Below, piece after piece: positions 8,975 through 18,664 of a stretch of DNA of 64,000 nucleotides. This stretch comes from Acidimicrobiaceae bacterium. Lineage in GTDB: Bacteria > Actinomycetota > Acidimicrobiia > Acidimicrobiales > Aldehydirespiratoraceae. Location: the NCBI GenBank assembly GCA_009837445.1, contig VXTM01000024.1, positions 10,515-74,514 on the forward strand, written 5' to 3'. Both the position numbers and the translations under genes were made by a program. Under the pieces are notes generated by a model. The model did no database searches. It was not told where the DNA came from and saw only the letters and a program-made list of their open reading frames with translations. How positions within the stretch are numbered: the stretch's first letter is position 1; every line of letters starts with the position of its first letter.

Positions 8975-9982
8975 TCAGGCCGGGCGGGTGCCGACGATGC
9001 TGGCCCGCTCCATGATCCGCACGTCCGGGTAGTAGTCGCTGGCCGCATAGTGCTGGACCGAGCGGTTGTCCCAGAAGACGACGGTGTCGGGCTCCCACCG
9101 GACCCGGAACTGGTACTCGACCACGCTGGCCTGCCCGGCCAGGTGCCTGATGAGGTCCACGCCCTCGGACTCGTCCATCCGGTCGATGTGTGAAGTGAAG
9201 TAGCAGTTCACGAAGATCAGCTTGCGGCCGGTCTCCGGATGGGTGCACACCACCGGGTGGCGGGCCTGCGGGTACCGGGCCCGGAACTCCTCCATCTTCC
9301 CTTCGGGTACCTGGTGCTTGAAGGCGAGCATGAAGTCGTGAACCGCGAACAGGTCGTCGATGCGCTCTTTGACGTCGTCGTCGAGGCCGTCGTAGGCCGC
9401 GCCCATGTCGCTGAACAGGGTGTCGCCGCCGGTGGCCGGAACCTGGATGGCGTGCAGGATGGCCCCCATCGAGGGCACCTCCCGCCAGGTGACGTCGTGA
9501 TGCCAGCCGTTCTCGAAGCCGCCCGTGTCGACCCCCTTCTCGAAGCGCACCAGCTCGGGATGCTCGGAGTTCCCGGTGATGAACGGGTGGATCTCCAGTT
9601 CGCCGAAGCGGCGGGCGAAGGCCACGTGCTGGGCCGGTGTGATCGGCTGGTCGCGGAACACCAGCACCTTGTAGTCGAGCAGCGCCTGGCGGATCTCGGC
9701 GGTCACCTCATCGGCCAGGTCGGAGCGCAGATCGACGCCGCCCACCTCGGCGCCGACAGTGGCGCCCTGTGGCGTCACGTCGATATGCCGGAAAGAGGGT
9801 CGGGCCAGCCGAGCCCTCTCGTCGGCCAGGTGGAGCCACGGCCCGAGGTCGAGCCCGTACCGGTCGATGCGCACTCTTCCGGGGGTGACCCGGGACGCCG
9901 GATCAGAGGTGCCAGCCCGCTCGGCGCCGGAAGCCGCGGGCGAATCCACGGTCTCCGCCGCAGCCGTGGTGGAGGATGGCAT
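8975..9982 (-). CDS. TauD/TfdA-family Fe(II)/2-oxoglutarate dioxygenase
   Basis: 335 aa. WHHDVTW (HxD), GGDTLFSDM, RVRWEPDTVVFWDNRSVQHYA is the typical TauD layout. Confidence 0.85.
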   Translation of the reverse strand: MPSSTTAAAETVDSPAASGAERAGTSDPASRVTPGRVRIDRYGLDLGPWLHLADERARLARPSFRHIDVTPQGATVGAEVGGVDLRSDLADEVTAEIRQALLDYKVLVFRDQPITPAQHVAFARRFGELEIHPFITGNSEHPELVRFEKGVDTGGFENGWHHDVTWREVPSMGAILHAIQVPATGGDTLFSDMGAAYDGLDDDVKERIDDLFAVHDFMLAFKHQVPEGKMEEFRARYPQARHPVVCTHPETGRKLIFVNCYFTSHIDRMDESEGVDLIRHLAGQASVVEYQFRVRWEPDTVVFWDNRSVQHYAASDYYPDVRIMERASIVGTRPA

Positions 9983-10005
9983 GGGGGGAATATACCGTTG
10001 GCGCC

Positions 10006-10914
10006 ATGGTCAACGCCGTCGAGGTCACCGATCTCACCGTACGGTTCGACCATGTCACCGCCCTCGACGGCGTGACCCACACGTTCGAGCCCGGCACGGC
10101 CACCGCGGTAATGGGCGTCAACGGATCGGGCAAGACGACCATGCTCGAATGCCTCGCCAGCCTGCAGAAGCCAACGTCGGGGCGCGTCAGCGGGATGTCC
10201 GAGAACCTGGCCTACGTGTGCCAGCACCTGCCTGCCTGCTGGATGCCGATAACCGCGGGCGAGGTGGTGGCGATGGGCCGCTACGGCAAGCGAGGGCTTC
10301 TCGGGCGGCTGAGAGGCGAGGACCGGGCCGCGATGCGCAAGGCAGGCGAGCAGCTTGACGTGAACCAGTTCACGAGCCGTAGTTTCGGCGATCTCAGCGG
10401 CGGCCAGCAACAGAGGGTGAGGATCGCCCAGGTGCTGGCCGGCCAGCCTGACGTCATCATGCTCGACGAGCCCGTGACCGGCCTGGACATCCCCAGCCAG
10501 GAGCGGATCCTGGGCGTGATCGAGGAGTATTCGTCGCGGGGCGCCATCGTGATCATCACCACCCACCATCTCGATGAGGCCCGGCACTGCGACTCGGTGG
10601 TGCTGCTGGCCAACCGTCTGGTGGCGGCGGGGACTCCCGACGAGATGCTGACCGAGGAGCGGCTGCGGGAGGCTTTCGGGGACCGCCTGCTCGGTGACCA
10701 CGCCGAGCACGACCACACTCACGGCATGATCGTGCTCGACGACCACGGCCATCACGGTCACGGCCACAGTCACGACCCTCACGGCCGTGGTCACGGCCAC
10801 GACCATCACAGCCACGGCCACAGCCACAGCCACGACCACGACCACAGCCATCTTGGCTACGGCCACGACCACGGCCATCACGGCCATCACGGCCACGGAC
10901 CCCACGCGCACTAG
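10006..10914 (+). CDS. metal-type ABC transporter ATP-binding protein with C-terminal poly-His tail
   Basis: GVNGSGKTT (Walker A), LSGGQQQRVRIAQVL (signature, ZnuC/MntA-like), IMLDEP (Walker B). The last 71 aa contain 31 His (HGHHGHGHSHDPHGRGHGHDHHSHGHSHSHDHDHSH...). Start is ATG 10006 or ATG 9976. No permease or binding-protein gene is adjacent. Confidence 0.85.
   Translation: MVNAVEVTDLTVRFDHVTALDGVTHTFEPGTATAVMGVNGSGKTTMLECLASLQKPTSGRVSGMSENLAYVCQHLPACWMPITAGEVVAMGRYGKRGLLGRLRGEDRAAMRKAGEQLDVNQFTSRSFGDLSGGQQQRVRIAQVLAGQPDVIMLDEPVTGLDIPSQERILGVIEEYSSRGAIVIITTHHLDEARHCDSVVLLANRLVAAGTPDEMLTEERLREAFGDRLLGDHAEHDHTHGMIVLDDHGHHGHGHSHDPHGRGHGHDHHSHGHSHSHDHDHSHLGYGHDHGHHGHHGHGPHAH
10699..10911 (+). 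repeat. low-complexity CAC/GGC/GAC codon repeat encoding the His-rich tail
   Basis: Runs of cacggccac / cacgaccac units. The opposite strand gives the spurious VAVAVAV ORF 9775..10911. Confidence 0.8.
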
Positions 10915-10977
10915 CGATCGGCGCGGCTGGGTGCCGGTGCTCCGTCATTGCGCTGGTGGGTGCCGTGGAGCGGCGCC

Positions 10978-12210
10978 ATGAGCCCGACCCGGCGCGACAT
11001 CGCGGTGATCGGGGCCGGGCCCGCGGGCGCGGCCACGGCCATTCGGGCGGCCCGTGGCGGTGCGCATGTGACCGTCTTCGAGAAGGCCTCGCCCGGTCGC
11101 GACAAGGTGTGCGGCGACGGTCTCACCCCGAGGGCAGTGGCCGCTCTCGGTGAGCTCGGCATAGAGCTCGACGGGGCCCACCGCATCGACGGGCTGCGCA
11201 TGATCGCAGGCACAACCCGGCGCGAGCTGTTGTGGCCCGCCAACAACCGGTTCGGTCCCCACGGCGCGGTGTGGCCCCGCCGGGCGCTGGACAAGCATCT
11301 CATCGAGGCGGCCCAGGCAGCTGGAGCCGAGATCGCGTGGAACACCGAGGTCATACCGGTCCTCTCCGATGACGGCACAGTCGTCGGCGTCGAGAGCGCC
11401 GCGGGGGGCAAGCGGTTCCTGGCCGACATGGTGGTGCTGGCCACCGGAGCGCCCGGCTCGGCGGCCCGCCTGCTGGGCGCGGAGCGGGTCGAGTCCGAGC
11501 CCTTCGGCCTCGCCATCCGCACCTATGCGCCCAGCCCCCGCCACGCCGACCGGCACCTGGAAGCCTGCCTCACCCTGCGGGGAGCCGAGGGAGGATGGGT
11601 TCCCGGCTACGGGTGGATGTTCCCGGCCGGCGATGGCACGGTCAACATCGGGGCCGGATCCATGTCAACCATGAAGGGATTCCGGAGGCTCAACCTCAAC
11701 CGGCTATTGGACGACTACCGGGACCTTGTGGCCGACGAGTGGGAACTGGGCGACTACCTCGAGCGGCCCCGGGCCTGGAGGCTCCCGATGAGCGCGGTCC
11801 GCCGCCACGGGCCGGGGTGGGCCGCGGTAGGGGATGCGGCCGGGCTGATCAATCCAATGAACGGCGAGGGGATCGACTACGGCCTGGAGTCGGGGATGGT
11901 GCTGGCCGACCTGTTCCTGGAGGACCCGGCAACCGCGCCCGGCGCCTACGACCGGGTGATAGGCGAACGCTTCGACGGGTTCCTGCGGACCGGCCGGCGG
12001 TTCAGCTTCCTCATCGGCCATCCATGGATCCTTCGCAACGGCTTGCGCCTGGCCGTGGGCACCCAGGCGGTGGCCAACATCACCCTCCAGGTGATGGGCA
12101 ACCTCATCGACGGCGACACCCCTGGCATGGCGTCGCGGGTCCTGAGCGTGGCCGACCGGGGCCTCAAGCTCGCCGATCCCCTGCTGCGCCGCACCCGGGC
12201 GGCGGCCTGA
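10978..12210 (+). CDS. geranylgeranyl reductase-family FAD-dependent oxidoreductase
   Basis: MSPTRRDIAVIGAGPAGAATAIRAARGG (FAD GxGxxG), DKVCGDGLTPRA, GDAAGLINPMNGEGI. ATG 10978. Confidence 0.8.
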   Translation: MSPTRRDIAVIGAGPAGAATAIRAARGGAHVTVFEKASPGRDKVCGDGLTPRAVAALGELGIELDGAHRIDGLRMIAGTTRRELLWPANNRFGPHGAVWPRRALDKHLIEAAQAAGAEIAWNTEVIPVLSDDGTVVGVESAAGGKRFLADMVVLATGAPGSAARLLGAERVESEPFGLAIRTYAPSPRHADRHLEACLTLRGAEGGWVPGYGWMFPAGDGTVNIGAGSMSTMKGFRRLNLNRLLDDYRDLVADEWELGDYLERPRAWRLPMSAVRRHGPGWAAVGDAAGLINPMNGEGIDYGLESGMVLADLFLEDPATAPGAYDRVIGERFDGFLRTGRRFSFLIGHPWILRNGLRLAVGTQAVANITLQVMGNLIDGDTPGMASRVLSVADRGLKLADPLLRRTRAAA

Positions 12211-12214
12211 CGGC

Positions 12215-14983
12215 ATGGGAACAGGGTCGGACGGCAACCAGGCCGAGGCCTCGCTCGACGGGCCGCTCGGCGAGCTCGATTCGGCGCTCCGCAGCGACAT
12301 CCGACGCCTCGGCGCTCAGCTCGGAGAGGCGCTGTCTCGCCAGCACGGCCCCGAGTTGCTGGCGCGAGTGGAGCAGGTGCGCGGCCTGGCTCGCGGACTG
12401 CGGCGCAGCGACGAGGACAGCACGGCCCTCGCCGAACTGCTGGCCGATGTGGACGTGGCCCACGCCGGGCTTCTCGCCCGGGCCTTCACGGTCTACTTCC
12501 ACCTGGCCAACACGGCCGAGCAGGTTCACCGCATCGACGACCTGACCGAGAAGCAGGCGGCCGGCTCGAACCGCTTCGGCGAGATGGTGGGCCGGTTGCG
12601 TCAGATGGGCTTCGCTGACGACGAGATCGTCACGACGGTCAACTCGGCCGAACTACGCCCGGTGTTCACCGCCCATCCCACCGAGGCGTCCCGCCGGTCG
12701 ATCCTGGACAAGCTGGCCGAGATCTCCAGCCTCATCGAGCACCGGGTCCATGCCGGGGCCGACGCCACGGCCCGGCGCCGGGCCGACCGCCGGGTCAACG
12801 AGTTGATCGACGCAATCTGGCAGACGGACGAGTTGCGCCGGCAGCGTCCCGACCCGGTGGACGAGGCGCGGTCGATCCTGTACTTCCTGACCGAGATCGC
12901 AGTGGAGGGCATGCCTGAGCTGCTCGACGACATCGACGCGGTGCTGGCCTCGCTGGGCGGCGGACTCGACCCCGACCGTGCCCCCATCCGATTCGGCTCG
13001 TGGGTCGGAGGAGATCGTGATGGCAATCCCAACGTCACGCCGGAAACCACGGTGGAGGTGCTCGCCTTCCAGCGTCAGCGTGCCCTGCGCATCCTGGTGG
13101 AGGAGATCGAGGGACTGTCGTCGGAGCTGAGCGTCAGCTTCGCCGTGCGGGAAGTATCCGCCGAACTGGCTGAGGCGATCGCGGCCGACCATGAGCAGTT
13201 CCCCGAGCTGACGGCACGGTTCGATCGGCTCAGCGCGGGCGAGCCCTACCGCCAGAGACTGGCGGTCATCCACCGGCGCCTCCTTGAGGCGGCCGAGCCG
13301 GTGCCGGGTCCGGCCGCCTACGGATCAGCCGCCGACCTGGCCCGGGATCTGGCGGTGATCGCCCACTCGCTGGAGGCCAACCAGGGCGGTCTTCTGGCCC
13401 GGGGCCGCCTGGCCCGGGTCCGGCGCATCGTGGCCCTGATCGGGTTCGATCTTGCCACCCTCGACATCCGTGAGCACTCCGAGCGCCACCACCGGGCCTT
13501 GGACGGGCTGTTCGCGCCGCTGGGGATCGACTACGCCGGCCTTTCCGGCACGGAGCGCGCCGTGCTGCTCGCCGAGGAGCTGGCCGGTCCCCGTCCCCTG
13601 GCGTTGCCGGGACGGTGCCTGGAGGATGGCGCCGAGGACGTCTTGGAACTGTTCCGGGTGCTGCGGCGCCAGATGGATCTGCGGGGCGATCAGATCGTCC
13701 AGAGCTACATCGTGTCGATGACCCGGGGAGCCGACGACTTGCTGGCGCCGGCGGTGCTGGCCAGGGAGGCCGGGCTGCTGGATCTGGGCGCTGGGGTCGC
13801 CCGGCTGGGTTTCGTGCCCCTGTTCGAGACCATCGACGACCTGCGCGCCGCGGGCCGGGTCCTCCGGGAGCTGCTGGCGGTGGAGCCCTACCGGCGTCTC
13901 GTCGAGTTGCGGGACGGTGTCCAGGAAGTGATGGTCGGCTACTCCGACTCCAACAAGGACGGCGGCATAACCACGTCCCAGTGGGAGATCCACAAGGCCC
14001 TGAGGGCCATCGCCGAGGTGTCGGCCGCCACCGGGGTTCGGATGACGGTGTTCCACGGCCGGGGAGGAACCGTCGGGCGGGGTGGAGGGCCCACCCATGC
14101 AGCCATCCTGGGCCAGCCGCCCGGCGCGGTGAGCGGCGCGGTCAAGGTAACCGAGCAGGGCGAGGTGATCGCCGACAAGTACGGGCTGCCCCGGCTGGCC
14201 CACCGCAACCTCGACCTGGCCTTCGCGGCCGTGGTCGAGGCCTCGCTGGCGCACCGGTCCCCTCGCCACGCTCCCGAAGTCACCAGCCGGTGGGACGCCG
14301 TCATGGAGGTCGCCTCCAACTCGGCCTACGGCGCCTACCGGGGTTTCCTGCAGGCCTCCGGCCTGGTCGAGTACTTCCGCACGTCGACTCCGGTCGAGGA
14401 GTTGGCCGAGATGAACATCGGTTCCCGCCCCGCCCGGCGGGGCGCGGCTGACGACGGCATCGACGGGCTGAGGGCCATCCCTTGGGTGTTCGGTTGGACG
14501 CAGTCCCGCCAGATCGTGCCCGGCTGGTTCGGTGTGGGAGCCGGGCTGGCCGCGGCCCGTGCTGAAGGCATGGGACCCGACCTCGACGACATGTACGAGT
14601 CGTGGCAGTTCTTCCGCACCTTCGTGTCCAACGTGGAGATGACGCTGTTCAAGACCGATCTGGCCATTGCCCACCACTATGTGGCCACGCTGGTCGATCC
14701 GGCCCTTCACTGCCACTTCGACGCGGTGTGCGCCGAGTACGAGCGGACCGTGGCCGAGGTGACCGCGCTCACCGGCCGGGGCCTGCTCGAGGACCTGCCC
14801 ATCCTGCGCCGGGCGCTGGCGGTACGCGACGCCTATCTCGACCCGATCAACGTGCTTCAGGTCGACCTCCTCGCCCGCTATCGCGGCAGGCGGGCCGGAA
14901 GCCCCGACACCGATGAGCGTCTGCTGAGAACCCTGCTGCTGACGGTCAACGGAGTGGCCGCTGGCATGCGCAACACGGGCTAG
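12215..14983 (+). CDS. ppc: phosphoenolpyruvate carboxylase
   Basis: 922 aa. FTAHPTEASRR, VGYSDSNKDGG, FHGRGGTVGRGGGP, C-terminal GMRNTG are the diagnostic PEPC motifs. Confidence 0.95.
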   Translation: MGTGSDGNQAEASLDGPLGELDSALRSDIRRLGAQLGEALSRQHGPELLARVEQVRGLARGLRRSDEDSTALAELLADVDVAHAGLLARAFTVYFHLANTAEQVHRIDDLTEKQAAGSNRFGEMVGRLRQMGFADDEIVTTVNSAELRPVFTAHPTEASRRSILDKLAEISSLIEHRVHAGADATARRRADRRVNELIDAIWQTDELRRQRPDPVDEARSILYFLTEIAVEGMPELLDDIDAVLASLGGGLDPDRAPIRFGSWVGGDRDGNPNVTPETTVEVLAFQRQRALRILVEEIEGLSSELSVSFAVREVSAELAEAIAADHEQFPELTARFDRLSAGEPYRQRLAVIHRRLLEAAEPVPGPAAYGSAADLARDLAVIAHSLEANQGGLLARGRLARVRRIVALIGFDLATLDIREHSERHHRALDGLFAPLGIDYAGLSGTERAVLLAEELAGPRPLALPGRCLEDGAEDVLELFRVLRRQMDLRGDQIVQSYIVSMTRGADDLLAPAVLAREAGLLDLGAGVARLGFVPLFETIDDLRAAGRVLRELLAVEPYRRLVELRDGVQEVMVGYSDSNKDGGITTSQWEIHKALRAIAEVSAATGVRMTVFHGRGGTVGRGGGPTHAAILGQPPGAVSGAVKVTEQGEVIADKYGLPRLAHRNLDLAFAAVVEASLAHRSPRHAPEVTSRWDAVMEVASNSAYGAYRGFLQASGLVEYFRTSTPVEELAEMNIGSRPARRGAADDGIDGLRAIPWVFGWTQSRQIVPGWFGVGAGLAAARAEGMGPDLDDMYESWQFFRTFVSNVEMTLFKTDLAIAHHYVATLVDPALHCHFDAVCAEYERTVAEVTALTGRGLLEDLPILRRALAVRDAYLDPINVLQVDLLARYRGRRAGSPDTDERLLRTLLLTVNGVAAGMRNTG

Positions 14984-14988
14984 CCGCT

Positions 14989-16890
14989 CTACAGGAGCTC
15001 GAAGTCGTCCGGGTCGGGGCGGCGGGTCTGGCGCCAGTAGTCGATGAGCGGCAGGGGCCAGTTCTGGGCCACCCGTCCGCTGGCGCTCTTGTACCAGCTG
15101 TTGACCGGCGATATGCCCCACGCCATCTGGGAGTTGTGCTCGTCCATGCGAGCGGCGTAGCGCTCGTAGGCGTCGGGCCGGCAGTCCATGGCTGTCGCGC
15201 CCCGCTCGGCCAGCAGGCGCAGGCACTCCACCACGTAATGGGCGGCGCACTCGGCGAAGTAGATGATGCTGCCGTTGACCACGATGTTGGTGTTGGGGCC
15301 GTACAGGCAGAAGAGATTCGGGAAGCCGGGAATGCATACGCCGTTGTAGGCCCGGGCGTCGCCGTTCCAGGTCTCGTGCAGATCGGCCCCGTCCCGCCCG
15401 GTCACCCGCATGGGCATCAGGAACTCCGAGGCCCGGAACCCGGTTCCGTACACGATCACATCGGCGGAGTGCAGCCGGCCGTCCGACCCCCTCACGCCGT
15501 CCGGCTCTATGCGGGCGATGCCGTCGCTGACCAGCTCGACGTTGGGCCGCTTCAGCGTGCTGGCCCAGATCCCGTTGTCGAGCACCACCCGCTTGGCGCC
15601 CACCGGGTAGTCGGGCACCACCTTGGCCAGCAGGTCGGGGCGGTCGCCGAACTGATGCTCCAGGTACATGGTCAGCAGCTTCCGGGCCTCGTCGTTGCGG
15701 GGGCTGACCGCCCGCTCGAGGGGCCCGTCCCACGCCGGGTCGCGCCGCAGGGCGCCGACAGTGCCCTCGTGGGTGCACCAGAACAGCCGCAGCCGGAACC
15801 AGTGGGCGTAGCCGGGCACCAGCTCGAACAGCCTCAGCAGCCCCTCGGCCAACGGCTCGTGGTAGACGGGCCGGGGGATCAGCCACGGCGGGGTCCGCTG
15901 GAACACGGTCACGTGGTCGGCTAGCTCGACCAGGTGAGGGATGAACTGCAGGGCGCTCGCTCCCGTGCCGATGACGGCCACCCGCAGGCGCTGCCAGTCG
16001 ATGTCGTGGCGCCAGGACGAGCTATGGAACTGCTCTCCGGCGAAGCTGCCGGCGCCTTCGATGTCGGGCATCAAGGGACGGTTGAGCTGGCCCACCGCCG
16101 ACACCACCGCGCCGGCGGTGATCTCCTCGGTCCCGCTGCCCGTCTCGAGCCGGATCACCCAGCGGCGGGCGCTGCCGTCCCATTCCAGTGACTCGACCCG
16201 GACTCCGAAGCGGATCCGGTCCCGTATCCCCCACCGCTGGGCGCAGCCGCGGAAGTAGTCCAGCAGCACCGGCTGGCTGGAGTGGTACTCGGGCCAGTCG
16301 GGGCGCTGCTCGCCCGAGTAGGAGTACACGTGGTTGAACACGTCCACCCGGCAGCCCGGATAGGTGTTCTCCAGCCAGGTTCCGCCCACGTCGCTGTTCT
16401 TGTCGAGCACCACGCAGTCGACACCGGCCTGCTTGAGCCGGTGGGCGGCCAGGATGCCCGACATGCCTGCTCCGATGACGGCCACCGGATGGTCGCTCGC
16501 GGCTCGGGGCGGCCACTCCCCCGACCTGATCTGCTCCGGGATGCGCAGGTCACCGGTCACCGCCAGCTCCTCGGCCAGCATCCGCCGGTAGCCGTCGTCC
16601 AGGTCTGCGCCCGTCAGCCAGTCGATCAGGGACGGCACCAGGGAGTCGTCAGGCCCCCGGTCTTCGCCGGCCTCGGATGCGCCCAGCCGGGCCAGGCCAG
16701 CGGATACCAGGGCACGGGCCCGCTTCAGCTGGTCGGCGTCCCATCCATCCTCGGGCTCCAGGGCTCGGGCCGGGTCGAGCCACAGATCCGACGGGGCAAG
16801 GTCGGGGTCGCCGGTGGCGTGGGCCAGCGCCGCGAGCAGGCTGGGGAGATCGGATGCCCCGATCAGTCGCTCGATCTGGTCCTGGTCCAC
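14989..16890 (-). CDS. type I Baeyer-Villiger (flavin-containing) monooxygenase with ~130-aa N-terminal extension
   Basis: VAVIGAGMSGILAA (FAD), FAGEQFHSSSW (BVMO fingerprint FxGxxxHxxxW), VAVIGTGASA (NADP). The N-terminal extension is reminiscent of 4-hydroxyacetophenone monooxygenase-type enzymes. Confidence 0.85.
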   Translation of the reverse strand: MDQDQIERLIGASDLPSLLAALAHATGDPDLAPSDLWLDPARALEPEDGWDADQLKRARALVSAGLARLGASEAGEDRGPDDSLVPSLIDWLTGADLDDGYRRMLAEELAVTGDLRIPEQIRSGEWPPRAASDHPVAVIGAGMSGILAAHRLKQAGVDCVVLDKNSDVGGTWLENTYPGCRVDVFNHVYSYSGEQRPDWPEYHSSQPVLLDYFRGCAQRWGIRDRIRFGVRVESLEWDGSARRWVIRLETGSGTEEITAGAVVSAVGQLNRPLMPDIEGAGSFAGEQFHSSSWRHDIDWQRLRVAVIGTGASALQFIPHLVELADHVTVFQRTPPWLIPRPVYHEPLAEGLLRLFELVPGYAHWFRLRLFWCTHEGTVGALRRDPAWDGPLERAVSPRNDEARKLLTMYLEHQFGDRPDLLAKVVPDYPVGAKRVVLDNGIWASTLKRPNVELVSDGIARIEPDGVRGSDGRLHSADVIVYGTGFRASEFLMPMRVTGRDGADLHETWNGDARAYNGVCIPGFPNLFCLYGPNTNIVVNGSIIYFAECAAHYVVECLRLLAERGATAMDCRPDAYERYAARMDEHNSQMAWGISPVNSWYKSASGRVAQNWPLPLIDYWRQTRRPDPDDFELL

Positions 16891-16912
16891 TTCGGAGGCT
16901 TCCTGCCCGCGG

Positions 16913-17611
16913 TTAGGAACGGTCGAAGGTGATGACCTCGCCCCGGTTGATGCTCACCCAGTCGCGGGCCTCGATGTAGGGGCGGAACACGTCCGCGATG
17001 ACTTGCTCGTCGCGGCGGGACTTGGGCCGCTGGATCTCGTAGAGGTGGGGGAACTCCAGCCATGCGGTCACCGCAGTCCACAGGCGCAGCGCCTCGGTGC
17101 CGGTAGGCGGGTCGATCAGCACGGGACCGAACAGCGCCTGGTCGCCGAAGAACAGCGTCGGCACACCGAAGCCGCCCGCGGCCACCACCCGATCGTGCTC
17201 GGCCCGGATCTCGTCGTGGGTGGTGGGGTCGTCCAGGGCGATGTCCACTGTCTGAGGGTCGAGGCCGATCTCGCCGAGCAGCTCGCGGGCCACATCGGGG
17301 TCGTGGACCCGGAGGCCCTCCTCGTGCAGGGCACGGCCCGAGCGCTCGTACCAGGCGTCGAGGTGGTCCATGCTGTCGCGGCGCAGCACCGCGCCGATGC
17401 GCATCAGCGACCAGCCGTAGGACCAGGACCGCTCCCAAGGGTGCTTCTTGCCCTCGAACAGGTTGATCTCCTCCAGGCTGAAGAAGCGCCAGTTGATCTC
17501 CAGCCCGTTCTGGGCCCGCACGTCCCGGATCCACTTGGACGTCTGGTAGGCCCAGGGGCACAGCACGTCGAAGTGGAAGTCCACCACGCTCGTGTCGGCG
17601 GTGTCAGTCAT
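16913..17611 (-). CDS. DsbA-like thioredoxin-fold protein (Rv2466c/mycoredoxin-2-like architecture)
   Basis: [19 protein letters not shown]..., [41 protein letters not shown] parallels the DsbA-like Rv2466c layout. The active site here is CPWA (single Cys). ATG 17611 preferred. Confidence 0.7.
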   Translation of the reverse strand: MTDTADTSVVDFHFDVLCPWAYQTSKWIRDVRAQNGLEINWRFFSLEEINLFEGKKHPWERSWSYGWSLMRIGAVLRRDSMDHLDAWYERSGRALHEEGLRVHDPDVARELLGEIGLDPQTVDIALDDPTTHDEIRAEHDRVVAAGGFGVPTLFFGDQALFGPVLIDPPTGTEALRLWTAVTAWLEFPHLYEIQRPKSRRDEQVIADVFRPYIEARDWVSINRGEVITFDRS

Positions 17612-17674
17612 GGCGCCCATCATGACACCGCCGCGGCAATCCCCCACCCGAGTTGGCGGACACGGGCCCAGGGC

Positions 17675-18664
17675 TCAGCCGCCGTAGTGCTCCGTCATCC
17701 TCGCGCCGGCCCGCATCTCGTCGATGGCTCGCTGCACATCGCTCACGGCCGCTTCCAGCGAGGCGATCACCGCGTCGCGGTCGCTGGTGAACTCGAGGCC
17801 GTCGATCACGCTGGAGAGCCGTCCCTTGGACCGCCAGGCGGCCGTCTTGGCCCATTCGGTCCACAGCGTCTCGTGGTCGTCGACGATGATCAGGTCGGCG
17901 GTGCGGCTTTGATCGTCGATCGCGGTGTCGAGCGCCACGTAGCCGTTCACCATAGAGATCCGCTCGGCCAGCGCGTCCAGTGGAGCGGCCCGATGGACCA
18001 CCATGTCGCCGTGCAGGGCGATGGCGTAGCCCGGTCCCCCGAACTCGGGCGCCACCACGCGTTCGGGCGGCGGGGTGCGACCCTCGGCCGCCAGCGCGGC
18101 GGCCTCTTGCCTGGTGCCCAGGAAGTACTCGAACCGCCCGCCCGGCACCCGGGCCGGATCGGTCACCGGCATGACGTAGTCGAGCGGGAGGGTGTCGTGG
18201 TGCCACTTGTCGACGGCCGCCTCGAGGCGGGACGGCTCGTAGTTGATGTGGCCCAGGTGAACCGGCATCGGATGGGGCGCGATGGCGGTCCCGTAGATGC
18301 GCTCGAGATGGTCGCACACGTCCTGGCTGGTGCACAGGTCGCGCAGCCAGCGCGACCGGTAGCAGCCGCTGCGGGTCATCCGCTCGATCCGGTTGCCGGC
18401 AGGCCGGGCGAAGGGCCGCAGTCGCCGGGCGACCTCAAGCATGACTGCCGCGCCCTCGTCGCTGAGCACCCGGAACGGTGACGAGGCTGCTACCGGGGTG
18501 GCCTTGGTGGAGATCTCGTCGTTGCCGTAGCCGAGGTCCGCGAGCATGACCACCTGGTGGGGCTCCTCGAGCTGCAGGTGACGATCCGGATCGAAGACCG
18601 GCTCGTCGTCGAACCACTCGTAACCCGCTGGCAGCGTCTCCGGGAACGGCACCGCCATACCCAT
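17675..18664 (-). CDS. hypothetical protein, possible non-haem Fe(II)/2OG oxygenase-like
   Basis: 329-aa ORF with good coding look. KWHHDTLPLD (HxD-like) and ALHGDMVVHRAAP (distal His + Arg) suggest a facial triad. No family firmly recognised. Confidence 0.55.
   Translation of the reverse strand: MGMAVPFPETLPAGYEWFDDEPVFDPDRHLQLEEPHQVVMLADLGYGNDEISTKATPVAASSPFRVLSDEGAAVMLEVARRLRPFARPAGNRIERMTRSGCYRSRWLRDLCTSQDVCDHLERIYGTAIAPHPMPVHLGHINYEPSRLEAAVDKWHHDTLPLDYVMPVTDPARVPGGRFEYFLGTRQEAAALAAEGRTPPPERVVAPEFGGPGYAIALHGDMVVHRAAPLDALAERISMVNGYVALDTAIDDQSRTADLIIVDDHETLWTEWAKTAAWRSKGRLSSVIDGLEFTSDRDAVIASLEAAVSDVQRAIDEMRAGARMTEHYGG

Noticed and set aside
9775-10911. 378-aa minus-strand ORF starting with MAVMAVVVAVAKMAVVVVVAVAVAVAV
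   Set aside because: It is the reverse complement of the His-codon repeat and of the ABC ATPase gene. The plus-strand frame has Walker A, signature and Walker B motifs.
10699-10911. Possible CRISPR or tandem-repeat array
   Set aside because: The periodicity is at the codon level (CAC/GGC/GAC/AGC), in frame with the ATPase gene. There is no repeat-spacer structure. It is a coding low-complexity region.
13325-15886. 853-aa minus-strand ORF spanning ppc and the BVMO gene
   Set aside because: It is antisense to ppc, which has unmistakable motifs on the plus strand, and out of frame with the BVMO gene. The translation is Arg/Gly/Pro/Ala-rich with no recognisable domain, which is typical of a high-GC open-frame artefact.
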